Shown here piece after piece: positions 24,141 through 36,181 of a stretch of DNA of 64,000 nucleotides (positions within the stretch are counted from its first letter, which is position 1; each line of letters starts with the position of its first letter). Position numbers and translations under genes: made by a program. Source of the DNA: Raja brachyura (taxonomy: Eukaryota). The notes beneath the pieces are model-generated. The model saw only the letters and a program-made list of their open reading frames with translations. It had not been told where the DNA came from and made no database searches. Location of the stretch: positions 60,326,001-60,390,000 of the forward strand of contig OY740791.1 in the NCBI GenBank assembly GCA_963514005.1. The letters are read 5' to 3'.

Positions 24141-24679
24141 TGGATAATCTTCTTTCCAGTACAATTCCAGTGTCATATCGTGCCCATCAGAAATCATTCA
24201 GCTTGTAGCAAGTTGTCCAATTTGTGATGTTTCCACTGTTTCCATTCATCATAATATACGGATGGTAGACTGGGGACACAAGGATCAGAAATTCCAATCC
24301 ATTCAACCGAGTGTGTCTAATCCCTTCGAACAAGAATCCTTTTCAAGGACTTGGAATTATTCCAAGTTTAACATACACTGCATCCAGTGATTTTTCTTTT
24401 TTCTTGAAGTACTCTGCATAATATTGAAAATGTTGAGAGCATTATGTGTTTCCTGAATATTCGCCTTTCCTGAGCAACTTTGCATGAATCAGTCCGGTTC
24501 TATTTTTTGTTTGAATATTGTTTTGTAGTCAACATGTTTTGTACTTTAAACAGATTTAAGATATTTTCTTTGGTCTTTTTCTCTCCTTCATGGTGCAACT
24601 ATGGTATATGGAATGGTTTACAAGAATGATTCCGTGAATGAGGGGGTTAGCATCTGATGAGCGCTAGACAGCACAGGGC

Positions 24680-25090
24680 CCCTACTCGCTGGAGTTTAGA
24701 AGGTTGAGGGGGGACCTCATTGAAACATGCAGAATAATGAAAGGCATAATAGAGTGGATGTGGAAAGGATGTTTCCACTGGTGGGAGAGTCTAGGACCAG
24801 AGGTCATAGCCTCAGAATTAAAGGGCACTCTTTTAGAAAGGAGGTGAGGAAGAACTTCTTTAGTCAGAGGGTAGTTCATCTGTGGAACTCATTGCCACAG
24901 AGGTAGGCCAAGTCAGTGGATATTTTTAAGGCAGAGATAGACAAATTCTTGATTAGAACAGGTGTCAGGGGTTATGAGAAGGTAAGAAAATTGGATTGGG
25001 AGGCAGAGATCAGCCATGATTGAATGGTAGAGTAGACTCGATGGGTCGAAGACCTAATTCTACTCCTATAACTTGTAAACCTGTGAACTT
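24680..25090 (+). mobile_element. CR1 3' fragment
   Basis: YSLEFRRLRGDLIET...TRGHSL followed by the 3' UTR. Confidence 0.85.
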
Positions 25091-26579
25091 GGTTCATTGT
25101 TTATGAGGATGGAGATTCTGCTAACTTCCACAAATGTAGTGCAGTCATCTGTGGTCTGTTGATCCAAATACCTTCCCACTGAAGTGATGTTGGTTTAATT
25201 TGTCATAGGCAAACGTGGTCTCAGTATATCCAAATTCAATTCTTGATTAACTTCCTTCTGGGTAGTCTAACTTTTTGAGGTAATCTTTAATTATCATAAT
25301 GAAGAAAGCTAACATCTAAATTACTTCCTTATAGCTTCCAGGTTGATGCTCGATTATATATTTCATATCAAAGTTTATATTTAAAACAAGTTGAACTAAT
25401 GTCTGCGAAAAAAATTGTTGAAGCAACACAGATATTAATAACACTTTTATGTTGAAACCCTCTGCACAACAGCTCTGTGAGGGTTCCTTCACCAGAGCTT
25501 CACATTGTTGATCAGGCCAGCCAGCTGTTTTGTCCCAGTTGGACCTCAGCTTCGGGTGTCTGTGAATTCTGATGAGCTTTGCTGAAAGACTAATTTTGGA
25601 TCTGTCCATGTGAGAACTTTCTGCCCTTAAGTTGCAAAAGTATAGAACACTGTGGACCAATAGCTGGTAAATGGTATTAGCATGGAAGAGCACTGGATGG
25701 CAGGAATGGCTGTGGTGGACCTATTTCTGCGCTCTATGACTCTATGGTTCTTCAAGTAGTGACGTGAGTTCTTTATCAAAGCTACTGAACCTGACTATGG
25801 TTTAATGTTGTGTCTCTGACAACACTATACCAGAACATTAACCTGTGTTGAGCTCAAACCTAGATGAGAGGCAGACCCCACTACCCTTCAGGTCAGCAAC
25901 TTAGTTAAACTGAGAGGTCCTGTAAAACTGCCTAACAGTTTATACCTTCAGAAGCATTAACTGGTCCCACTATATATATTAATAACACTTTTATATATTA
26001 TATATATATATAATTCATCAATAGCAACCCCATTTTCCTAACTTAAAAAATAACCTAAATTCTGCTGCAGGAAAGAGCAACATAACAGTGGAACTAATGT
26101 TGAGGCATTACCAATTATTGGCAGTATTTTATAACCCTTTCAATCAACTAGGTTGGGAGAGATCTGTTAATGGACATGGGGGATGGATGTCAAATTAACC
26201 AACTGGCATTGATTGGAATAAAGGCAAGAGACTAGCTGGTTCCAGCTGAATTGTTCATCCTTCCTTGTATCAGTGCAGATCTTCATTGTGGCTTCTTCGC
26301 ATCACACAGCTAGCCAGCACCTCCTAGAGGGCTGATGGAGATTGCACACGAGTCTCCACAACATACCAGAATGCCAAGATATCGCGGTTAACACAAATCT
26401 CATTACTGATTGAAATAGTCGGTGGAAGTTTAAGCAAATATCCTCTGTAGTTTAGGAAGTTTGTTATAGAATTTTGATAGGTCTAGAAAATGTCATATTT
26501 CTGCTTTCTGATGCAAGGTTCACTTTGTATTGTGCTTCTACTCCCTTGAAATAACTTTATTCTTTGCCAGACTACACTA

Positions 26580-26745
26580 ACAGCCCTTCCACATCCTGAA
26601 ACCCTCTGCCCAACAGCTCTGTGAGGGTTCCTTCGCCAGAATTTCTGCAGTGGTTCATGAACGTGTCCCAAGAGCAATTAAGGACGGGCAATAAAACTTG
26701 ACTTTGCCAATGACACCCAGACCATAAAACCAATTAAATAAAGTA
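26580..26745 (+). mobile_element. ancient CR1-type/SINE 3' tail
   Basis: caacagctctgtg...gcaattaaggacgggcaataaa...gccaatgacacccagac resembles an old chondrichthyan CR1/SINE tail. Confidence 0.45.
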
Positions 26746-28719
26746 AACAGACACTGAGATGGTTAACTGCAGTAAAACAATGCTCAGAGCTGTTAATATC
26801 TTATCTTAAAACATGAACATGTCAACTGCTTCCCATCCTCTCCAAGTGTACATTGAATTTGCCAATGGAAAATCTGGAGCAGTCCTCTCAACTGCAGCAG
26901 TTCCATCAGTCACTCACCCATTGCACTTGCTTGCTTAGTGTGACATAATAGAAAGAAAAAATCCCTATATGATTAATTGGTGTTTTTCTAATCCTCGCTG
27001 CAGTATTGATTAAATTCCTTCATTGGCTCTGATAGGAAAACATTTCCAATGTGGGCCTGACATATGAATTACTATAATATCCAGTCACTTCACTCTGGGA
27101 TCTCTGACTGTCAAGGCACTGGGTACTCACCACCTCACCAAATAGGTCCTACTTCCATTGCAAGCTCAGGCGAGATTAGTCAGCGACCATTCCAGTGTAG
27201 AGGATGTTATGGGTGGCAAATACCTAGCGCTGTTTGTGGAGACCAGGCCTCCAGCCCAAGAGACCGAAGGATTAGGGAACCGAAGATCTATCTTCCCCTT
27301 GCCTGCAGTGTACGTCAGGTACATCCTGGGAAGAACTTGCACCTTCTACTTCAATTAAAATAATTGTTTTCATTAAATATTTTGCTGAAGCAGCCTACCT
27401 TTAAATTCCCGAGGCAGCCAAGAGTCAGATGTGACTTTTAAATGGATCTTTCACAACCTTCAATTATATTCTCAAGATTATGTATCTGCTATCAACACTC
27501 CCTCTGACTGATATCTTAACAAGGGTCAGAATCTTTTGTAATAAAGTAGAAGGAACAAAAATGTCTTGAAACAATGGCTCAGCATTATACTTACAGTACA
27601 AGGGGGCATGAACTGTGGCGTGGGGTGCAGCATCAGTAAGGCTTTTCTTTAATCACATTAAGGAAACCTACAAACAGGGTTATCTGTGTAATATGTTCGA
27701 CGTTATGTGTTTCCCCAACATCGCTGCTGTGCACGCACCTGGTTACAACAGAGTCGTACAGCAGGACACAGGGATAACCATCTTGCTCTTTAGAGCTGGC
27801 AAGCTCTCCCCAAGCCTAACCAACACTTATCCCTTCACCAACATCAATGGAATGGATTAGTTGCAGATGGAAACTTGCAACAAGAAATACTGGCTGTTGG
27901 TTTCCTGCAATGTAACAGTGACATCTCTTTAAAAATATTTGATATTGGTTGATATGAAAATCTTGTTCTGAAGACATGAAAGGCACTTTATAAATACAAA
28001 AAATGTTCTCCTCCTTATAGTGTCAATATAACATTGGGATATGAACACATGTTAGCCCATTTATTTAAAATGGACTAACGACTGATTTAACATAACAGCT
28101 TACAACTGTGTGATTTGGTGTGGGAGGCAAATTAGAAATAGTATATTCAGATTTATTCGATCAGAGTTATTGAATACTTTTGTGTTTTGCTTTCAAGGGT
28201 ACAATAGGTGCTAACCATCAATAGGGTGCTGAACAAACCAATGAAAGCAATATGTAAGATTTTGGAGGTAAAATCGGCTGAATATTTTTAAAGGGAATTG
28301 TGTTTTTTTTCTGTATTTGATGTTTATTACAAGATTGAATTGAACCATGTGGTAAAGGAAAAATATTGAAATAAAGCTGGTCTAAGATTTTTAATGACTA
28401 TGTACATTTATTTGGCAGTGGGTTCTCTTTGTAAAATGACATTTGTTTACCCTTTATGAAGGGAGCTTAGATATGGATCATGGGATCCTATGGCCATGGA
28501 TAGAACAGGAGATGCCTCAGAGCTCCAGATAACTGTGTTCGATCCTGACCACAGGTGCTGTTTGTCTGGAATTTGCATGGTCAACCTGTGACCAAATTAG
28601 TTTTAGAGATACAGCATGGAAACAGGGCCTTCGGCCCACCAAGTCCATGCCGACCATCCCTACACTAGTTCTATGCTATCCCACTTTTGAATTTTACACA
28701 CCAGGGGCATTGGTGGCCA

Positions 28720-29015
28720 TGTGGCACAGCTGTAGTGTTGCTGACTTACAGTGTCAGGGACCCGGGTTTGATCATGACTATGGGTGCTCTCTGTATGGAG
28801 TTTGTACATTCTCCTGTGACCTGAGTGGGTTTTCTCTGGGAGCTCAGGTTTCCTCCAACACTCCAAAGACGTACGGGTTTGTACTGTAGGTTAATTGGTT
28901 TCAGTAAAATTGCAAATTGTCCCTAGTGTGTGTAGGATAGTACTAGTGTGCAGGTAATGCTGGTTGGCATGGACCCGGTGGGCCGAAGGGCCTATTTATG
29001 CACTGTACCTCTAAA
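28720..29015 (+). mobile_element. HE1-like tRNA-derived SINE (a - strand SINE tail fragment lies at ~28597-28705)
   Basis: gtggcacagc...gacccgggtttgatcatgac...ggtgggccgaagggcct. Confidence 0.8.
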
Positions 29016-29056
29016 CTCTCAACCCGAAACGTCACATATTCCTTTTCTCCAGTTAA

Positions 29057-29361
29057 AGCCCTGTCCCACTGTATGAGTTCATTCATGCTCTCCCGAGTTT
29101 GCCCTCATTCGAACTCGGAAATTTACGTTAATGGCCGCTCGCAGGTACTCGGGACATTTTTCAACATGTTGAAATATCTTCACGAGTCTTCCCGAGCTTA
29201 CCGCATTTCCCGAGTACCTGCCGTTAGCATTAGAAGCCGCTAAGAGACGTCCCCAAGCTCTGACGTACCCGCTACGTTCATTCTACGTGCTTACCACGAG
29301 TTTGATTTCTTTTTTAAACTCGGGTGAGCTTTTGAATGAACTCGTACAGTCGGACATGGCT
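29057..29361. mobile_element. Harbinger-like MITE nested in a PLE terminal repeat (~29018-29448)
   Basis: agccctgtcccactgta ... tacagtcggacatggct, flanked by TTAA on both sides. Host sequence cccgaaacgtc...ctccag | tgctgcctgaccc lies on either side. Confidence 0.75.
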
Positions 29362-30723
29362 TTAATGCTGCCTGACCCGCTGAGTTGTTCCACGTTTTTT
29401 GAGTTTATCATTGGTTTAAACCAGCATCTGCAGTTCTTTCGTACACAACTTGAGGCCAAATGATTTTATTGAACATATACCTAATCCAACACACATGGTC
29501 AGGTCCAGTAGGATTAGAGTTGAGTAACTATGTTTAACAGCTGCACACCATTGGGCTTCTCAACATAGGCCTCTCTCCCACATCTCATCCATCCTTAGAA
29601 ATGTGCACATTCATTAAATGAGCTGATGCACGGAACATGGAATCAAGTGACATTGCTTCTTCAACACCACTCTCTTCTCCATGCACTAAGTAGCCAGCTT
29701 ACATTTCTCGATATCTTAAAGAAGAAAGAAACAAGGGAGGGGTAGGTAAGGAGAGCGGGGCTGATGGATGGAGGAAAATAAGAGAACAGACAATAATAAA
29801 CCTAAAGTTAAATCTAAACCTAAATTTAAAAAAAATCATCATCATCGTTGAAAACCTTTAGCGACGCAGTGGTGCTGGTTTCCAACGGGAACGGTGATGG
29901 ACGCACCACACATCTCTGTCCTCCAGTTCCTGTGGACTTCCGCCGCTGGAAGTGTAGGAATTTGACGTGTGTGCTTTATCATCATTCTTTACAATGCCAT
30001 GTACGATAGTGATCGCAACTTCTACTGAAGTGTGGGTGGCCGTTGGCTCACTAGAAGCTCATCTGCCCTTTGACAGGTCTTGTTTTTGGTCCTGCTGGGG
30101 GTCCACAGTCCCCTCTTCACCTGGCAAACCAAGTGGGGGAGATGGTTTAGTCGCCGACTATCCGAGCATGGAGCAGGTAGCACCTGACCTGAAATTAATT
30201 TTTTTAAAAACCTAAACCACACCGATACCATCTACAGTTGAGAAATGAGGAGAGATTGTCATACACAGTAATGAAGAAATTAAATTGTAGGCTAGCAAAA
30301 CTGGACAATTATCTAATTTGCTACTAAGGTGGAATTGTGCAATTTCAATGTAGTAGTTTAGAGCAACTTACAGTATTTATCATTCGGATCTGTGGAATAG
30401 ACCTACTGTGAGTTAACCCCTGCTCATCATCCAATTTGATCTAATAATCTAATATGAATCATTAATTCATTTCAGCTTTTTCCTTAGCAACTGAAAATAT
30501 TCCTAATGACCACAGGCTCACTTTCAACCCATCTTAATTGAACTGGAGGTGCTACCAACATTGAAATATTTAGCTAGCAGCCCCACCACTGAACATGGTC
30601 TTATGAATTATACGGCCTTAGTATTTTTCAATTCTAACAAAAATCCAAATGGACCCCTGCCTCTACCAGTTGTTCAATATAAAATCTGGGCATAAACTAC
30701 TCTACTCAGCACGGTGATGTAGA

Positions 30724-31005
30724 GGGGCGGGCACGGTGGCGTAGCATAGAGTTGCTGCTTTACAGCGCTTGCAGCGTCCGGGACCCGGGTTCAATCCTGA
30801 TTACGGATGCTGTCTGTATGGAGTTTGTACGTTCTCCCCGTGACCGTGTGGGTTTTCTCCAGACCTTCGGCTTCCTCCCACACTTGGAATAAGTGTAAAT
30901 TGTTGTGTTAATGTGCGGCGATTGCTAGCCAGTGTGGACTCGGTGGGCCGAGCGGCTTGTTTCCACGCTATATCTCTTAAACAAAACTAAACTAAACTAA
31001 ACTAG
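30724..31005 (+). mobile_element. HE1-like SINE
   Basis: ggcacggtggcgtagc (A box), ggttcaatcc (B box) and an (actaa)n tail. Confidence 0.85.
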
Positions 31006-31222
31006 GAGTTAATGTTTGCAGGGATAGATTTGGATAGGTGCAATATAAATTATATGAAATGTATAACCTTTGGAGACAAAACAAGACAAAAATGCATTGA
31101 GAAATGGAAGCAGAGGACCCAGCGCGGCCTGTGGACATTGGGAGCCGTGGACTCCAGTGGAAGGTGGCCGACGAGAGGTTCCTGGCGAGAGAACCTGAAC
31201 ATCGGGCCGCCCGTAGCGGCCT

Positions 31223-31390
31223 CTAAGTCTGAAGTACGGTCTCAACCCGAATTACTAAGTCTGAAGTACGGTCTCAACCCGAAATGCGCCTATTTCCTTC
31301 GCTCCATAGATGCTGCCTCGCCAGCTGAGTTTCTCCAGCATTTTTGTCTACCTTTGATTTTCCAGCATATCCAGTTCCTTCTTAAACATT
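31223..31390 (+). mobile_element. PLE terminal repeat with a duplicated degenerate hammerhead core
   Basis: ctaagtctgaagtacggtctcaacccgaa occurs twice, followed by gatgctgcc...ctgagtttctccagc. Confidence 0.7.
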
Positions 31391-31760
31391 TACATCACTA
31401 TGGTCGCTTTCAAACCAACCTATTTTAATGTCATACTATTATAACACATTTTAGTTCCATGATGACTTATAAACAAGATCACAAATCACATTTTGAATTC
31501 TCAAACACAATGTGATTGTGAATGATTGCAGAGCTGCCACGTTTCACCAAACATTTCCGTATTTTGATGGCTGAAAATCAGTATTTTGTTTGGGAAATCG
31601 GTATTTCTCACATAAATGCAATAGAACGTACTACACTGAAACAGTATTTTGCATGCAACCTCATGTATTCTCAAATATGGAATTATGAAAATCAGTGCTA
31701 CCGAATTGTGAAATCATTTTGAAATGTGAATTTATAATTCTTGATTTTGAATCAATCATA

Positions 31761-32963
31761 TCCTTATAACTATAAAACTCTGATCTTGGATGTGTGTGTG
31801 TGCTTGCGCCTTGACTCAGGTTTTCCTAGAACTCCTGAGAGGTTTGGTCGATGCGCGCTCGCACCTCGGCTTTCATCTCTTCCCCATGCTCGCGCCTTGG
31901 CTTGGCTTTTGCCTCTCCCCCCTCTCCCCCCTCTCCCCCCTCTCCCCCCTCTCCCGCCTCTCCCCCCTCTCTCCCCCCTCTCCCCCCCCTCTATCTCCTC
32001 TCCCTCTGTCTCCCCCATTTCTCTCTCTCTCTCCCCCTCTCTCTCCCACCCCCTCTCTCTTCCCTCCCACCCTCTCCCTCCCCCTTAGCATGTGTGTGAC
32101 GCCGCAGGCTACCCCCCCCCCCCCCCCCCCCCCCCCCGCCGCAACCACACATTACGGGTCCAACTTGGTCTAGAAACAATTAAAAGTCTGATCTTGGATG
32201 TGTGTGTGTGTTTGTTCATGTGTGTCTGTTTATTTCACTTCTAAAAAAAAAAACAATGTGCAAATGGTAACATTTTTACATATTCCGGTAGAGATTTTTC
32301 CCCTGGAGTCCAAAACCGCTTTATCTGAAAATGTCATGTTTTATTTCTCGAGTTATTAATGAAAATCTTCTAAAATCTGACAAACTTTCAAGTCTGCGCA
32401 GCCTTGCTCGTGCTGCGAGTGTCGTCACCCCCCCCCCCACCCCTCCCTCCTCCTTTGGTTGATGCTCAGTCCCCACTGCTCCTCTCCCCACCCGTCCTCT
32501 CTCCCCCCCTTCCTCTCAAACCCCCCTCCACTCCCCTCCCCCAGCCTCCCTCCTCTCTCCCCTCCTCCTCTACCCCCCCCCCCCAGTCGCCACGCCAGCA
32601 TCACACCGAGAAGCAGCAGCAGAACGCCCCAAAGAGCCACTCAAGCGGGGGCTTGGTTAAGGCGCATTGCGGCGCTTGCGCTCCGACCTCAGCTGCCGCT
32701 TTTCCCGAGCCTGCTCTGGCTTGGACAGTTTATTCGAGCACTGCGGACTCGAGCCCGAGGTGATCGAGAACCTGGCCAGGGAGAAGTTTGCCGCCAATGC
32801 CGCCTTCGAAAGCCTTTCCCTCAAGTTTCGCAGCGTGAAGCTGCGCAGACTCCGTGAGTGCGCTGTCCCGGCACAGCAGCAGCGATAGCGACGACGAGCC
32901 ACTCTGGGGGAAGATCAAGCCTCTGCTTTCTCGGTCATCGAGCGTAACGCCTGGGTCAACTAG
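31761..32963 (+). mobile_element. two tandem non-autonomous Helitron-like units
   Basis: A|TC start at 31761. The shared head aaa(c/g)tctgatcttggatgtgtgtgtgtg occurs at ~31775 and ~32183. 3' ends are acgggtccaacttggtCTAG (32173) and gcgtaacgcctgggtcaaCTAG|T (32963). No TSD. Confidence 0.6.
31912..32085. repeat. (CCTCTCCCC)n polypyrimidine tandem repeat
   Basis: 9-mer tandem array grading into CT-rich low-complexity sequence. Confidence 0.9.
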
Positions 32964-33534
32964 TGGCTGTACGGCTTAAATGGGGTCAAGGAGCGCAAAG
33001 GGAGGGCTTCCTCTGTCCTGGTGTAGAATAAAAAAATATTGTGCCCCAATTTTTTTATTTACTCTATTTTTTTTAAAATGCGGGTGCAACTACACCCATC
33101 GCAAAAAAAACAATCAAATGCCGATCGTGAATTCCGAGCAAAATGGCACGGCTTTTAGGTTGCCCGGCAGGACCTTAGGTGGCCATTGGCAACTGGTCAA
33201 CCATTAATTTCGAGCGCTGTACATTCTCCTGCTTAATCCAAATCATGACGCCCTTGAGGTCACAAATGACGGGTACCCATCTAGAAGATCAGCTGAAACT
33301 GCGTACCTCCACTCCATGATGCAACCAAATATTCAAATGTTTTCCCACAAAAAGCTGTCACAACAAAGAGAAACGGGCACTCCTTATTTTTTCCAAATGA
33401 TTCAGCGAGCCGGATTGGACCCCTCACGGGTAGTTTGCACCCAGGATAAAAAGCTGACTCCCCTCCCGCAACTCAATATTCCACTACTTACCCACAGTAG
33501 ACACGAGGCGTCGAGGCAGTGTCAAATTATGTGG

Positions 33535-34605
33535 TGCAAATGATGGATTTAGGACTTTCCCAACCCATCTGCCATTGGATCAAGGACTTTCTGTCTAACC
33601 GCCCCCAGACCGTCAGATTGGGCCATCACCTCTCCACCCCCATCACACTCAGCACTGGCTCCCCACAGGGCTGTGTGTTGAGCCCCCTCCTCTACACACT
33701 CTACACCCACGATTGTGCCCCCGCCCACGCCACCAACACCATCGTCAAGTTCGTGGACCACACAACTGTGGTTGGACGTATCTCAGGAGGAGACGAGACA
33801 GCCTACAGGGAGGAAGTCCAAAGACTGGCAGCGTGGTGTTCAGACAACAAGCTCATCCTAAACACCACAAAAACAAAGGAAATTATCATAGACTTCCGTA
33901 AGTACAGTGCAGCCCTCCAACCCCTATTCATCAATGGGGACTGTGTGGAAAGGGTCTCAGACTTCAGATTCCTGGGCACACAAATTGCGGAGGATCTCTC
34001 CTGGACCACAAACACCACCACAGTAGTCAAGAAGGCCCAGCAGCGACTCTACTTTCTGAGGATCCTCAGGAAAAACAACCTGGAAGAGAAGCTGCTGGTG
34101 TCCTTCTACCGCTGCTCTATCGAGAGTGTGCTGGCGTACTGTATAACCACATGGTATGCCAGCTGCTCTGCAGCGGACAGGAGAGCCCCTCAAAGGGTCA
34201 TCAACACCGCCCAAAAAATCACTGGCTGCCCACTGCCCTCCCTGAAGGAAATCTTCAGCTGTTGCTGCCTTAGCAGGGCAGCCAACATCCTGAAGGACCC
34301 TTCCCACCCTTGTCATAACCTGTTCCACCTGCTGCCCTCTGGCAGACGGTACAGGTCTTTCAACAGACTCAGAGACAACTTCTACCCCACAGCCATACGT
34401 GAGCTTAACAATGCAAAATAAGGACTAACACTCACATTCAAACTGAATTGTGTTTTTTTTATTGTTTTTTTAAATATGTATTTATTTTACCCTTCCTTAT
34501 ATTTTAAGATTGTTCTTGTGAATCGCACCGTTGGATTGTCTTTTAAATTCCGTTGCACCATGTGCAATGACAATAAAGAGATTCTGATTCTGATTCTGAT
34601 TCTGA
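33535..34605 (+). mobile_element. Rex1/Babar-like LINE, 5'-truncated RT
   Basis: 300-aa ORF 33519-34421 contains [18 protein letters not shown], catalytic FADD mutated to FVDH, and [11 protein letters not shown]. The 3' end is gacaataaa plus (attctg)n. Confidence 0.9.
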
Positions 34606-35364
34606 TGTGATCCTGCCCGTGCCCACTGCGCACGCGTCATTTTTCGTCGCTACTGCATTCCCCAGCTGCGCAGGCGCAGATGATCACAATTTCTTTTTCC
34701 CCAAATCATCCAGAATTTCGAGTAATTTCCGTCAAAGTGCAAATGCTGATTGCCCTCCTTTTTTTTATTTCCTCAGGATTTTTTTTTACTCGTGGAATAA
34801 AAATGCACTCAATGCACCCCCCCCCCCCCACCTGCCCTTCGGACAGCCATGTACAAAGTCTGACACCCATAATACAATCTTGCAGGAACTTATAACACCA
34901 CACCAACCTCCACACCCACCTTCCCCTCCTCCCACCCCCCACCTCCCACCAATTCCCTGAATTTTTCACCCCGAAATCTGACTGTTTCTTGAAATACAGC
35001 TGATATCTCCATCCTCTCCTTCAGACACCATGCCTTGCTGTGCTTAATTTTGTAATTGAGTACATGTCCTGGCTCTCTCTATGTTTTAATGCCAAGGTCT
35101 GTTGTGACCGTCACAATCCTTTTTACGTCCAGCACAAGTGTCTGTACAGGAACAGCACTCTCAGTTATGAATTAAAAGATTGTGGGATTAGAGTAGCATG
35201 CCAGGGTGAGAACTTTATAATGTAACATTAAACTAAATCTCCAAAGATTTCCATAGACAATATCGTATCCCCTTCGTAAAGTTCACTTCTATCAAATGAT
35301 TGTCATAAAATCCCAAGGCAATATTTTGAGCACTAGATTTCTCAACAATTATTCCTCAACCCAC

Positions 35365-35915
35365 ACAGTCTGTCTCATCCTTTTCTCCTTGTTTGTTATT
35401 ACTATTTGTTCAATGTACGTTTTAGTGTTCGTCAACTTTGTAATATGTGCGGGGGTGGGGTTGGGGGAAACTTTTATAAATCTCCATAAATTTTATAAAT
35501 TTTTCCGTATTGTATCTCAGTTCACACTGCGGCCTAACATCAAGGAGCTGGCGGACTCTTGCTGGGGATCGACTTTGGGAGCTCCAACCGAGGGAGCCTG
35601 CAGACATAACATCGTGGAGCTCACGATACCTGGTAAGGGACCGACGTCGGGAGCTCCAAGTCGCGGGAGCTTCGACCGCACTGACGCGGGGGCTTTGATC
35701 GCCGGCTGCTGGAGCTTCGATCGCCCCGACTGTGAATGGGTCGATAAGATTAGACGTTATTTCCTTCCATCACAGTGAGGAATGTGGGGAATCCCCTGTG
35801 TTGGATGTTTATGTTAACTTTTATGTAGTTTTGTGTCGTGTTGCTTTTTTTTAGTATGACTGTATGGTAAATCGAGTTTCACTGGACCTTAATTGGTACA
35901 CATGACAATAAAATA
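35365..35915 (+). mobile_element. modular non-autonomous retroposon
   Basis: T-rich block, G-tract, gcctaacatcaaggag, then a tail ccttccatcaca..gaggaatgtg...catgacaataaa shared with 63285-63972. Confidence 0.6.
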
Positions 35916-36181
35916 CCCTTTAAACATACAGTCTCGTCATTATATGCACCTCACAACATATTTCATGGTCATAAAATGCTTTGGTGGCATCACTTCCGGT
36001 GATGCCCTGTTATCTTAACAAACGCTGCATAGCTCCACTCCCTAAAATGCGCGAATTTGCACGTTAAAACCAGGTCTACAGGTCGGAACTGATTTAAAAA
36101 ACATACCGGAGCCTGTGGACGTCGTGCTGATGACATCATCAGTAAGCTCTGTGAATTTAATGGAATCTTAAAGCACTTTAA

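Noticed and set aside
30724-30800. tRNA-like A/B boxes
   Set aside because: SINE heads followed by a SINE body and tail, not tRNA genes.
31741-32179. Pro/Gly/Arg-rich ORFs
   Set aside because: Translations of the (CCTCTCCCC)n and poly-C tracts.
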